This document shows, one piece after another, positions 19,501 through 32,343 of a stretch of DNA of 60,000 nucleotides (positions within the stretch are counted from its first letter, which is position 1; the number at the start of each line of letters is the position of its first letter). The stretch spans positions 137,456,001 to 137,516,000 of the forward strand of contig NW_024704742.1 of assembly GCF_018977255.1 (NCBI RefSeq). Reading direction: 5' to 3'. The stretch is from Callorhinchus milii. Its lineage: Eukaryota. Under the pieces are notes generated by a model. It ran no database searches. It was not told where the DNA came from and worked only from the letters and a program-made list of their open reading frames with translations. The translations under genes were made by a program, and so were the position numbers.

Positions 19501-22500
19501 ACCTGCCCTCCACCCCTCCTGATCCCAACCTCCAGCTCAGGTCCAAATCCCTGACTGTCCAGCACCTTGGGACGTCCTCCTGACATGAAAGATACTGTAT
19601 AAATGTAATTTGCTGTTGTTGTGATTGAGTTAGTGGACTCAGCCTGCGAGAATGGAGGGGGCAGTGGTCAGGCACCCCACCCCCCCCACCTCCAAACACA
19701 CACTGGAAGGTGGTGGAGTTTGAGAGGAATAAGCGAAGGTTAATGGGGAGCAGATGGTTCCTGTTCTTCACTAGGCTGCAGCAGCTCAAGGGTTAAAGAC
19801 CCCATGACTAGTTATCAGCCACTCCAGACACAGGAAGGTTATCTGACTTTGAAAACCACAACCTCTAGAAACTCACACAGTCACACAATCTTTAACATCC
19901 ACCCGAGTAGATAGACTGGGCCTGGGTTTAGGTCTCAGAGTAGAATCAGGAACTCACAGCAAAGAAGGAGGCCATTCGGTCCATCGCATCTGCACCGGCT
20001 CTCAGAGCAAGCGGTATAGAAGCATAGGAACGGGAGTAGGCCATTCAGTAGGCCCTCAAGCTTGTTCCACCATTCTATAAGATCACGGCTGATCTGTACT
20101 GATCTCCAATTACCCACCATCGCCTCTTGATACCCTAACCTAACAAATAACCACCTCAGTCTTGGAAGATGTGAATGGATCCATAATCCACAGCCTTTTG
20201 GAGCAGAGAGTTCCAGATTCCCACTAACCCTTTGTGCGAAAAACTTCTTCCTGATTTCATTCCTAAATGGCCCAGCTCTAACTTTTAAGATTATGCATCA
20301 ATCCCACTGCACCATCTCCCGTCAAACCTATGCAGGACAGCACCCAGGACGGCACTCCTACACCTCCCTTGTCTCCTTCAAGACCCGTCTCAAGACCCTC
20401 TTCTTCGATCACTCTCCTTCCCCTCTTCCCACTACTGAGCCCCGGCTCGGGTCCGAAATACTGATATCTCTCGACATGAAAGGTGCTTTATACATATAAT
20501 GCTGGTGTTGCTTTGGAGCGTCAACCGAGGCTGCAGTCGAGGGATCAAACACAGAGGCTGTTGGATACTGACCAGCCCCAGACCACAGGGAGACTCTTTC
20601 AGGGTGGAGCAGCAGCCGATGATGCCGATACCGAACATGAGCAGAGCCACCCCCAGGATCACCGAGGCCGGCAGCACTGTGTACTGGTCATGGAAGAAGT
20701 TGGCGTAGTTCTTGTACGTGGAGAGCAATGCGGCCGCCACATAGGTCAGCACAGCCCCAGCAACCTGCAAACACAAAGAGAGAGTGAGAGAGGAGGTCAG
20801 CCCCCCCAGCACAGAGAGAGAGAGATAGTGGGGGGTGGGGGGTTGTCAGCCCCCAGCAGAGAGGGAGAGGGAGGGAGAGAGAGAGAGAGTGGTGGGGTTG
20901 GGGGCTCAGCCCCCCAGCAGAGAGAGAGAGAGAGAGAGAGGGGTCAGCAACCTGCATACAGACACAGGTCAGCGAGCGGGTGACATGTTCAACAGCTCCT
21001 CCTTCCCGACCCACCCCTCGTTGAGCCCAATGCTTCCTCCTTTTCTCCCCCCAAAAGACATTCAGGCCAACGTATAGAATCATAGAAATCTGCAGTACAT
21101 AAGGAGCCCTTTTAACACTAAATGTCCACAAAATACAGTCAATCCACAACAACAGTAATAGTAACAACAGCAACATTTGATATCACACCTTATCAAGTCT
21201 TTGAGACGTCCCAAAGACTGTCACAGAATATGCTGTAAAGCGAATTGACAATATTTGGGTGAAACTTGGCAGCCAATTGTGGGTCAGGAACATTTCACTT
21301 GCCACCCCCCCGCCCCACCCGGAGGAAAAGTTGTGATGTGTTGATTGATAGTGCATATAGCAACCTATAATCTAAGTTATTAAATTCCTTCACAGGAATT
21401 GTTATCAGTTACTGTCTTATGGTGGTGGGGAGAGGGAGATTCTACGAGGAAGGGATGTGGCCCACAAACAGTTAAATTATTATTTTTTGAAGGGATTATT
21501 ACCCCCGGATCCGGCAGGCGGCTACCAACTGGATTCCTACCTGCTGCCAGGTAAACAAAATCGTGCGGAGTTACGAAACTTGGGTGAGATTTTGCTCTGC
21601 CTGGGGATCAAAGCTGAGTCCTCTCGCTTGCGAGGTGGGGGACCTTGGACCCCGATCAAAGAGGAAACTCTGCATACAGCGTTTCAGAAAATGATCAGAG
21701 CACTTCACATGGGCGTGGAATGAGCGTTTGCTGTGTAAACTGACTGCTGTTTGCGTACAAAGTACAAACAATACTTCACGGTACAGCCTGTGTAGCGCTG
21801 CGAGATGTCGCAATGACCCCAAACCAAAACGTAAGGATTATTATTAACATCTACCTGCAGAGGCAGACGAGATCTCAGATTAAGATAGAACAATATCTCA
21901 TCTGAAGGATGGAACCTCAGACAATAAACACTCCCCCAATGTCGTACTGGAGTGACAGATTGACTGAATCCAGTCTTTTTTTTAAAATAAACTATGCATC
22001 ACCCGCTGTGTTGCATCATCCCCGAGGCACACGTGACATCCCGGTCTCTGAACAAAGACCCTTTCAAAGGGACAACCGAACCTCAGCTCACCATCAGCTG
22101 GCGATGTGCACAAGGCAGCCCAGCCCACCCCCACCAGGCTGGGAGCACACCCACAGATCAGAGACCCAGGCTGGTAAGCCAACGGCTAGTCAGTCACGCC
22201 CTCCCCTCGGGGCCAAACAGTCCAAATAATGCTACAGCTGTGTTATATATATTTGGATATAATAATCTTTGTATTTGATCACATCACATCATTCAAATAC
22301 TTCACAGGATTCGAGTGCAGTGATTAGTCTGTGGCCACATGAAACAACCGATTTGCACACAGCAAAGTCCCAAAACAGCCACAAGGTGATGACCCTCCCG
22401 GGGGGGGGGGGGGGGGAGAGGGGGTTGGGGTGAAGGAGGTAATTGGCATCAACTTGGAGCTGAACTGGCACCAAGGTGACACATTTAGCGATGAAATGTT

Positions 22501-25500
22501 GGAGCCAGCCCTCTGTGACGGTCTCCAGTCTGGTTCCTGAGCCAGGGAGGTCCACAGTATTCCAGGGCACTCACTTCTGATGACAGCACAGCCCATCAAC
22601 AAGAGCTGGAAGTGCAGACCAGTCACTGGGGGCAGAGAATCCTCAGTTCCTGTTAACCGTGCAAGTCAAGGCCCTAAAGGGTAGGATGTCCCAGCTGGAC
22701 AAGCAGTGGGAAAGCTTGCCGGACAGCAAATATTAATGGTTTTAGCTGGTTAGAGTCCAACAGTTATCCCAACACATACTCTGGGATCGCCAAGCCTTGG
22801 CTCTTGCCAACCTGTGCCTAATACTTTCTGGAATTAGTAGGATGTGTCTCTCCAGTGAGAGAGTGTGCACTCTATTTCAACAATCTATCTCTGTGGGTGG
22901 GAAGCAGGGAATTCTCAGTTTGGTTTGGATGCTCTTAAACAACTGTGATGGGTTTCCACATGTGTCAGATACTGGGCTGGCTTAAAAAAAAGATAAATTT
23001 TAGGTGGGGGATTGTTGGCCGGAACATTACAAAAAGAGCATAAGCCATTCACCCACTCAAACAGAGATCTTTACTCTCCCGCTGTGTATAATAAACATTT
23101 GATATAGCGCCTTATCACATTGTTGAGAAGTCTCAAGGCGCTTCACAGAATATATTGTAAAGTGAATTGACTGTGGATTTTGTGGGTGAAACACTCAGCC
23201 AATTGTACACAGCAGCGTCCCACAAACAGTCATGGATTGAGTAATCACATTTTAATATTTTCGGGACAATTATTACCTCCGGAAAGTGATCTGCCAATCG
23301 ACTAACAACCAGGTTCCTACTTACAGCTGAGTCTAGGAGCTCTTTCCACAACCCTTCCTCATAGAATCTCCCTCTCCCCACCCACCATAAGTCAGCAACT
23401 GATAACAATTCCTGTGACGAACTTTAATAGCTTACATTATAGGTTGCTATGCACACTATCAATCAACACGCCATACCCCAGCGTTCAAACACCACAACTT
23501 TTCCTCTGGGTGGGGGAATGGTAAATGAAATGTTCCTGACCCACAAGTCAGACCACATACAAACAATAAATTAAAACCAAATATCAAGTTAAGGCTTAAT
23601 CACATTGCCTCATTAACCTATATAAAGTCAAACCAAATAGTTTTTCCATCAAATTACACACACACACATACACAAACAGTGGGGGTTAAATACATTGCAA
23701 TAGTTGGCAAAACACACACAATGGGGATTTTACACAGCGGTGAGAGGAACAAAGGGGAACTATCCAGAGGAAGGTTTTGTGTAGAACCTCGTGACCAGAG
23801 GCAGAAGCAGGTCAAATAAAATTCCCCTTTTGTGCACAGCCGTGGAGCTGGCCAAACCCGCGCTGGCTGGGATCTCCCTTCACAATATGTGCCACCAGCT
23901 CTGCTCCCTCTTTTCCCCCTCCTTTGTTGTGCATTACCTCTTCTCTGACTACCACCCCCAAAAATATCATGCGTTACACCAGGCTATGAGGCAGTAAGAA
24001 GAAATTGGTTACAGCACTCGCCTCGCAAGCAAGAGGACCTGGGTTCAATTCCCAGATGGGGCAAAACTTTTGGCAAGTTTCATTACTCCACATGCTTCTG
24101 TTTCGATTGGCAGATTGCTTCCCGAGGATAATAACTCCCCCCCCAAAAAAGTATTTGGTCATTCAATCCATGAGTTTGTGGGACAATACAGTGCACAATT
24201 GTCTGCTTCATTTTGTTCACAAAATATAGTCAATTCGCTTGACAGTATAGTCTGTGAAGCGCTTTAAGATATCAGGTTTGTATTATTTTTCCTCCGGTTC
24301 TGAACCCTCCCACCAATGAATATTAAAGCTCTCGCTGTTCAAGACGAGGTTTGTTTTCTCTCTGTAACAGCTGGAAACAAACAGCCAATTGTGTGAATTA
24401 CAAAAGGCTTCCACACAATAAGCAATGAGACTCTTTCCCCACCACCAAGGATTTTCTGACACATACTTCTGATCATTTCTGACCCATCGCTTTTCTTAGG
24501 AATATCCAAACTATTCCATGGATTGCCCCTCTCCTCCCTTTTATATAACACCGGCATGTCTCTAAAACACTCTAAAAAAATTGCTGCACTCAGTGGCCAT
24601 TTTGTGAAGTCAACTAAGTGTCTGACACATGGGGAAACCCATCACCGTTGCTTAAGGGTCTCCAAACCAAACTGAAAATTCCCTGCATCCCATCTACACA
24701 TGGAAATCCCAGATTGTTGGAATGAAATGTGCTCTCTCTCGCTCTCTCTCTCTCTCTCATTCTCTCCCTGGAGGGACACATTCAGTTTACCTAATTCCAG
24801 AAAGTTATAAGGTGCAGGTTGTCAAGCGTCAAGGTTTGAAGACCCCAGAGTGTGCGCTGGGGTAACTGCTGAACCAGGACAGAATGTCTGTCAGACATCA
24901 AGTCCTGGATGAGAGCTGACTTTCTTCAGTTGAACGTCAACAAGACCGAGGCTCTCCTGATTAGCTCCATCAATGCCGCCGCACCTCAGGCGCTGACAGC
25001 ATCACCATCCAGGGTTGCACACTCCACCTCACTGAGTCAATTTGGATCCTTGGTGCCTCCCCCACATCACCCGGCTCCACAACACACCTCAGGCCACCGA
25101 GACCCTCATACACGCATTTATAACATCCAGGCTCAACTATGCAAACTCCCTGCTTGTCGGCCTCCCCAGATCCTCCCTCCATAGGCTGCAGATCATTCAC
25201 AACTTGGCAGTCGGTGTCCTCTCCCACACCAGGCTTCATGACCCTATCACCCCCATCCTCGCCCGACTCCACTGGCTTCCCATCACACAGAGGATACAGT
25301 TCAAGGTCCTGGTCCTCACCTTCAAAGCCCTCCATGGCCTTGCTCAACTCTACCTCCATAACCTCCTAAACCCCTACCATCCTGCTCGCTCCCTCCGCTA
25401 AGCAGGCTCCAGCTTGCTTCACATCCCCCGCCTCACCTTTGGCGGGCAGTCTTCTGCCACTCTACCCCACCATCTGGAATTCCTTCCCATAGTCCCTCTG

Positions 25501-26462
25501 CCTTGCCCCCTCCCTTGCCTCCTTCAAGACCCGTCTCAAGATCCTCCTCTTCGACCGTGCCTTCAGTCACCCTCTTTCCCCCCTGCCCTCCCCAATAACC
25601 CCCAGCTCGGGTCCAAAACACTGATTGTCCAGCACCTTGGGACATTCGCCCGACATGAAAGGCGCTACAGAAATGTAATTTTGTTATTGATGATAATAAT
25701 CACTAGTTAGTCGTTCGACATCCGAAAAACGTGGGTTTGAACCCTCACTGGGTGGATGGTAGGTGTCGAGTGTAGCAACAGCATTTGGGCACAGAGCAGC
25801 AGCTATCAGCCTGAAGGACAACAAGAACAATCCTTGCATTTGATATAGAGCCTGATCGGGTCGTTGAGAGGTCTCAAAGCGTTTCCCAGGAAATCGCTTC
25901 ACTCTCTGGCACCTCTCTGACCCCCTCACTCCACCACCCGACACCTCCGCTCGACTGGCATCGGCTGGTCCCTCACACCCTCTGCTCCACCATTGGGAGC
26001 TTGCGCTTTCAGCCACTGCGCCCCGAAACTTAGGAACACTCTCCATCCATCCCTCTGCCTTGGCCCCTTCTCCCCTGTTTCAAGTCCCGCTTTGAAACCT
26101 TCTTTTGCGACCGTGCTTACGTTCACCTCACCCCATCTCGGAGTCAGGCTCCGCCACCGTGAAACGCAATGAGACACCACCCTGAGTGGAGGGCGCTGCA
26201 TAAAAACAACGTGTTGTTGAGTTGTTAATTGGAACGCTTGGCGTTCTGTTAATTCTGAAGCATGGCAATGTGTTTCCGTATTGCGTCAGACACACTGCCC
26301 AGAGATTTGCTGAAATCAATGCTATTGTAAACGTTTCATTAAAAAAAAAGGAACAATTGTCAGAAAAGCCTCATTGTTTAGCTGCTGCGTGTGGCTCTCA
26401 CTACAAGCCGAGCCTGTAAACAAGCTAATGTAGTCACTGTGCCAAACTAGGCCTGTGACACG

Positions 26463-26502
<40 letters not shown>

Positions 26503-29500
26503 CTTGGGAGTAAGCACCTTCCTCCTGGGCTGCCCGTCCCACATGTTACACAGAGCGGCTGATCACTGAGTCCTGTCAGATAACTCGCAGCACGAAGATT
26601 CTTAAGAGGGAATCACCCCACTGCTCCTCAGTAAAACAGCCCGGACTAGTTGGGCCAATTTCTGTTCTTCATTCACTTGTTAATTTATTAATTGCCTCAG
26701 AATTAGAAGGTTGTAGGTTCAAGTCCCACGGTTTAAGCTTCACTGCAAAGCTGGTGGTGTGTTGCATTCTTGGAAGTGCTGTCGTTTGGATGAGACATTA
26801 AACCGAGGTCTTGTCTGCCTGTACATGGTTAAGATCCCCACAGTGCTATTTGAAGAGAACGGAGTTTCTCTCTCCCCAAATAAAAATGAGTCACTCGCTC
26901 TGTGGCTGGTTGTGAGACACTGCTGTGTGCAACTGGCTACCACATTTTGTTCACCAAACACCCAGCCAATCTTTACAGTATATCCTGTGAAGTGCTTTTA
27001 GACACCTCACTGATGTAATAAAGTGCGATATCAAACACAAGGAACAAGGAAAGCTTGCCAGACAGCGATATCAAGCAAGTTATGCGGTTTTAGCTGGTTA
27101 GACTCCACTTTGGGGTCTCCCAAGCCATGGCTTCTACCAACCTGCGCCTAAAACTCTTTGGAATTAGGCAAGCAGGATGCATCCCTCCAGGGAGAGAGAG
27201 CCATTCCATTCCAATAATGTATCTGGAGTTTCCATGTGGGATGAACGGAAATCTCAGTTTAGTCTGACCAAGTCCAACACTTCACAATTGCATGACTGCC
27301 TAGCAGTGGAGACCTGTAGCGCGATGGTTAGCTCAATCATGACAGTTTGTGGGGGACTGCTGTCACATCGCTGAGACATCTCAAAGCACTTCACAGGGTA
27401 TAATGTAAAATGTAGTGACTATGTAGTTTGTGAGCCAAATGCAACAGCCAGTTGCGCACAGCAATGTCACACTAACAGGCATGAAGTGAGTGACCAAATT
27501 TATCTGGGGGATTGTTGGCCAGGACATTGGAAGGGAGAAACTCACTTCTCTTTTCGAATAGTACCAAGGGACCTTTAACATCCACTTGAACAGGGAGACA
27601 GGAGCTCGGTTTAATGTCTCATTTGAAGGACGGACCATGGCTGGATGACAAACCCACAGCGACTGGGTCACACGGAACATGGCACGTTGGCAAGGCTCCA
27701 TCGGGGATCTTTTATCCCACAGGAACAGAACAATGTTGGGGGAACAGCCTGGAATAACAGGCAGAGCTACTTGGCTGAGATTACTCAGGAAACGGACCAA
27801 ATTTCACATCACATGTTAACATGCTTTACAGAAACAGGAGAGAAAAACAACAAAAACCTTTGCTTTGACCAAATGTGCTATTACAGAGGGCTTTGAAGGC
27901 AGAGAAAGAACAAGGCGAGAAGGGACTACGGAGAAAGATCCAGTGAGGAGGGATATTATGTCGGGGGGGGGGGGGGGGGTAAATGCTCCGCAAGCTTTTG
28001 ACTCAGGAGGCGAGAGCGCTGCCAACTGAGCCAAATGACAATAGCAGTTTTTCACAAGCCGTCTCAGAACCAGGGAGGGAAAAGGGGGACTTTCACTGAT
28101 AATATTTACATTTTACATAGTGTTTCATTACACGGCTGAGACATGTCAAAACACTTTGCAGAATATATTGTAAAGCGAATTGCCTGCATTTTGTGGGCAA
28201 AACACAGCTGCCAATTGCAAACAAGATGATACAAGTGATAATAAGTCGGGCAGCGACCAATGCTCCAGCACAGCAGTCAGGCTTTGAGTCAGTCAACCCT
28301 GAAGAGGTTCATTGCCCTCCCCACCCTCAACACACACACATACACACACACACACAAGACTAAACCATCAGAAAGTAGATCCAAGGTTTTTTTTTCCTTG
28401 AAAAACAAGCATCTTGGTAGGAGCAAAAGAGAGTCCAGATCATATGGATCAGTGTGATTCATATTGTACTTACTTCCTGAGGGTTTTTTTTTAAAAAAAT
28501 GCAGAAGTCGTGCATTCTGCTGAGCTTGCAATTGTGTGGATGTGTGTTTTGGGGGGAGGGGTGGGGAAGAGATTATATAAAGCACTATTTAATCTTCCTT
28601 AAAATAAAAACTGGTTAAAGAGAAACTTGTATTGCATTTTTTTTTTAAACAGTACCATGTATTAGTTCGCATGCCTCACAAGAAATGCTACACAAAAAAA
28701 AATCCATCTCGGTCGCCTTCCAACTTGGAACAAAGACAGCAGGAAAGCAGAGAGAATTTAAACCCAATTTTCTCCCCTCGTTTATCCGATTAAGAAAGCA
28801 TCATTAACTTGTTGGGCTGAATGGCCTCCACCTGTTCCTACGATTCCATCTTAACACCGTAAGAAATGCCAGACGGAAAGAGGACAAGGTTCACCTTCCA
28901 GGTGGTCGCTTGCACATATGTCCCAAACTACCTATATCCCAGAGTGTTATTTGCCTCACGGAACTTCACAGAAAACTACAGCAACAACGTGCATTTACGC
29001 AGCGCCCCTCAGCCCCGGCAGCGTCTCAGAGCGCTTAACAGCTGCAACGCCTGACACCGAGCTGGAGGGGTGGGGTGACCACAAACACAGTCCCCCTCCT
29101 CACATTAGTCAGCGTAATAAACCTTATTTTTGTCTAAAGCACCTTTTCATATCAGACCAGACATCTGAAAGCACTTCCTGCAAAAGGCACAGAGTGTTGT
29201 TTAGTGATTGAGTGCCACAGCCACAGATCTGGAGGATTTTTGGCCAAGAAACTGGGACACAACCATTGGGGTAACAACAACAACAAGATTCCATTTATAA
29301 AGCGCCTTTCACGTCAGGAGGACGTCCCAAGGCGCTGCACAGTTGCGTCATGACCCGAGCAGGGGGGAAATGGTCAGGGTGAGGGGAGGGAAGGGAGGGA
29401 GAGAGGAGGGGGGAAATGGTGAGGGGAGGAAGGGAGGAGCGAGGAGGAGGAAGAGAGTCGAGAGGGGAGCTGAAGGCACGGTCAAAGAGAAAGGTTTGAG

Positions 29501-30958
29501 ACCGGCCTTGAAGGAGGAAAGGGAGGAGGCGGCGAAGGCACTGGGGATGGAGTTCCAGAGCCTGGGGGCTGAGAGGCTGAAGGCCCGACCACCGATGGTA
29601 GGGCGGTTGGGGCGGGGGACGTGGAGCAGACCGGAGCCAGAGGAACGGAGGGTACGGGCAGGTAGGTAGGTAGGTAACATCTTGGAGAGCGTGTAACAGC
29701 TGGTGTGATAAAGTGTGCCCTCGTCTCTCACACTAAACTCAGTCTCTCTCACACTCACTCTCTCTCTCAGGGGTGGGGCAACAGTTCAATTTGTCTCTAT
29801 TTGAGACAACGAGTAATTTGGAAAAAAAAATTGCAATTCTAGTTGACTCATCAACTAACAGAGGAAAGTCCAGTGAGTGAACAACTGGGGGGGATGGGAT
29901 GGGGGGGGGGGGGGGATGGGATGGGGGGGGGAGAGGGGGGGACAAATACATCCAGTTTTAAGAAGGAAAAACTCACATTTTTTTGTCTCGAAAAACAAAT
30001 CACAGGTATTTGAGAGTTCATTGATAACCCAAAACCAGTTCCACAACGAGAAAGTTACCGAAAAGAGAGAGAGGTCCCAACAAAGCGGAGAGAGAGACAC
30101 ACAACTGGACACACATCTGGAGCTCAGACCCCCCCACCCACACACACACAACTGGACACACATCTGGAGCTCAGAACCCCCCCCACACACACAACTGGAC
30201 ACACATCTGGAGCTCAGACCCCCCCACACACACAACTGGACACACATCTGGAGCTCAGACCCCCCACACACACACAACTGGACACACATCTGGAGCTCAG
30301 ACCCCCCCCCCACCACACACAACTGGACACACATCTGGAGCTCAGACCCCCTACCCCACACACAACTGGACACACATCTGGAGCTCAGACCCCCCCACAC
30401 ACACACACACAACTGGACACACATCTGGAGCTCAGACCCCCCCCCCACACACACAACTGGACACACATCTGGAGCTCAGACCCCCCCACACACACAACTG
30501 GACACACATCTGGAGCTCAGACCCACACACACACACAACTGGACACACATCTGGAGCTCAGACCCCCCCACACACACACAACTGGACACACATCTGGAGC
30601 TCAGACCCCCCCACACACACACAACTGGACACACATCTGGAGCTCAGACTCCCCCCCCACACACACACACAACTGGACACACATCTGGAGCTCAGACCCC
30701 CCCCCACACACACACAACTGGACACACATCTGGAGCTCAGACCCCCCCCCCCCATACACACACACAACTGGACACACATCTGGAGCTCAGACCCCCCCCA
30801 CAACTGGACACACATCTGGAGCTCAGACCCCCCCACACACACAACTGGACACACATCTGGAGCTCAGACCCCCCCCCACACACACAACTGGACACACATC
30901 TGGAGCTCAGACCCCCCCCCACACACACAACTGGACACACATCTGGAGCTCAGACCCA

Positions 30959-30998
<40 letters not shown>

Positions 30999-31313
30999 AA
31001 AAGTACCACAAAACTCTTCAGTTCTCTACTCGCAGAGTCCGTGGATCTTTCTCGGAGCAATTCGACACTCGGATCGAAAGCGAACCCCTCGATCACAGGT
31101 CCCGCGGGACATTATATATATATATATATGTAAAAGCTTTTAAATTAAAAAAAAAAGGCTTTATATATATCTACATATAAACATATATTTTTATTTTATT
31201 TTTTTTTATTTAAAAGCTCCGCAAACAGAGCAGCAGAGCTGGAAACTCACCCAGAAGATCAGACTGAGGAAGAGGAGGACGGTTTTGGAGGTGATAACGC
31301 CGCAATCCGCCAT
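16451..31313 (-). CDS. tspan36: Tetraspanin of the TSPAN3 family (tetraspanin-36), complete 7-exon CDS, 253 aa
   Basis: complement(join(16451..16549,17096..17179,17769..17921,18583..18678,19167..19241,20573..20764,31251..31313)), all phase 0, GT-AG. Four hydrophobic segments, CCG and PxxCC motifs, six EC2 cysteines. N-terminus MADCGVITSKTVLLFLSLIFW; position next to ATP5F1A/PSTPIP2 favours tspan36 over TSPAN3. Confidence 0.88.
16593..16944 (-). mobile_element. Older long-form tRNA SINE
   Basis: Core, tail and degraded head. Confidence 0.8.
17096..17179 (-). CDS. tspan36: tspan36 exon 6
   Basis: gtag|GCENKLQMGLESILSYAVLVILVFAIIK|gtactg. Confidence 0.92.
17769..17921 (-). CDS. tspan36: tspan36 exon 5 (CCG motif, EC2 loop)
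   Basis: ctag|MQCCGVNNYTYWLSTEWFAKANNYSVPISCCRASFSNCTGSLNHTELINTK|gtactc. Confidence 0.94.
17960..18555 (+). mobile_element. L2 LINE 3' fragment
   Basis: [16 protein letters not shown]; (TTG)n tail. Confidence 0.85.
18583..18678 (-). CDS. tspan36: tspan36 exon 4
   Basis: acag|VHEGVDGSMTIVFKKYDGTNADSRAVDYLQKE|gtgagc. Confidence 0.93.
19167..19241 (-). CDS. tspan36: tspan36 exon 3 (TM3)
   Basis: acag|FLFILLLIFTAEVTAFVMAVIFRKQ|gtcagt. Confidence 0.93.
20573..20764 (-). CDS. tspan36: tspan36 exon 2
   Basis: gcag|VAGAVLTYVAAALLSTYKNYANFFHDQYTVLPASVILGVALLMFGIGIIGCCSTLKESPCGLGL|gtcagt. Confidence 0.93.
22610..22991 (+). mobile_element. Unclassified ~400-bp A-tailed interspersed repeat
   Basis: Reverse-complement homolog of 14703-15100, ends in A8. 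Confidence 0.7.
24880..25690 (+). mobile_element. L2 LINE 3' fragment
   Basis: FLQLNVNKTEALLI; ETLIHAFITSRLNYANSLLVGLP...HITPIL-type motifs. Confidence 0.88.
29274..29670 (-). mobile_element. Young L2 LINE 3' end
   Basis: RTLRSSGSGLLHVPR...[17 protein letters not shown], terminal hairpin, (TTG)n tail. Confidence 0.88.
30102..30954. repeat. Minisatellite: 20 invariant 27-bp cores with variable C/CA spacers
   Basis: CAACTGGACACACATCTGGAGCTCAGA x20. Confidence 0.96.
31251..31313 (-). CDS. tspan36: tspan36 exon 1
   Basis: MADCGVITSKTVLLFLSLIFW|gtgagt, in CpG-rich region. Confidence 0.92.
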
Positions 31314-32030
31314 AGCGAGTGAGTGAGGGAGTGAGGGAGAGGGTCTCAGTGTCGGATACAATGTTGCGACGTTCGCTACTTTCTGCGCTACAATGTTGCG
31401 GCTCCGCCCTCCGCGTCGTCGCTGCTCCGCCTCTCTCTCTCTCTCTCACTCTCTCACTCTACCTCCCCCCCCCCCCCCTCGTCACTCTCTTTGCTGTGTA
31501 ATTATCTCTCCCCTCCCCCCCTCTCCCCTCCCCTTCCCCCTCCGAGGAGAAACTCCCCATCAGTTGGCCTCCGCCACCGCCGCCCCCACCGCGCGCACGT
31601 GAATCCCACCCTCCGGCCCGAATCCGGCCCCCGAGTCACCGTGACTGGGAGGGAGCAGAGGTTTTTTTCGGTTCGGCGAGGGCGAGGGCACGGGCGAGGG
31701 CGCGGGCGAGGGCACGGGCGAGGGCGAGGGCACGGGCGAGGGCGAGGGCACAGGCGAGGGCGAGGGCACCGGCGAGGGCACGGGCGAGGGCGAGGGCACG
31801 GGCGAGGGCGAGGGCATGGGCGAGGGCACACGCGAGGGCGAGGGCGAGGGCGAGGGCATGGGCGAGGGCACGGGCGAGGGCGAGGGCACGGGCACGGGCA
31901 CGGGCACGGGCACGGGCGAGGGCGAGGGCACGGGCGAGGGCACGGGCGAGGGAGAGGGCGCAGGCGAGGGAGAGGGCATAGCGCTAAGAGTCGCGTCGCT
32001 GGGTTTCGCTGCTCCGTGGGCATCTTTCGG
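31314..32030 (-). promoter_or_regulatory. tspan36 CpG island/promoter
   Basis: CpG-dense, GC boxes, CACGTG at ~31596, upstream of exon 1. Confidence 0.6.
31675..31978. repeat. (GGCGAG/GGCACG)n hexamer repeat
   Basis: About 50 G-rich, CpG-containing hexamers. Confidence 0.95.
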
Positions 32031-32124
32031 GTCTCCATTCTACTTTTCCAGCTGCACCGCCCCCGTCCCCCACCCCCATCCCCTGATGTCCTGTCAGTTT
32101 GTCTGTTAAACGTCAACAAGACAG

Positions 32125-32343
32125 ATAATAATAATAATAATAATAATCCTTGCATTTGATATAGCGCTTTTCACGTCGGGAGGACGTCCCAAAGCGCTTC
32201 ACAGAACACACTGTAAAGTGAATTGACTGTACATTTGTGGGCGAACGCGGCAGCCAATTGCGCACAGCAATGTCCCACAAACAGTCATAGATTGAAAATG
32301 ACCAATTTATTATTGTTTTGTTTTTTGGAGGGATTATTATTAG
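32125..32343 (-). mobile_element. 5'-truncated young SINE inserted in an L2 fragment
   Basis: Flanks rejoin to L2 ORF2 LNVNKT|DAILFGSRRRL. Confidence 0.88.

Noticed and set aside
30102..30954. CRISPR array
   Set aside because: Spacers are short, low-complexity C/CA runs rather than unique sequences; no cas genes; vertebrate intron.
29877..32159. 418-aa, 222-aa and 217-aa ORFs
   Set aside because: Stop-free readings of the 27-bp-core and hexamer repeats.
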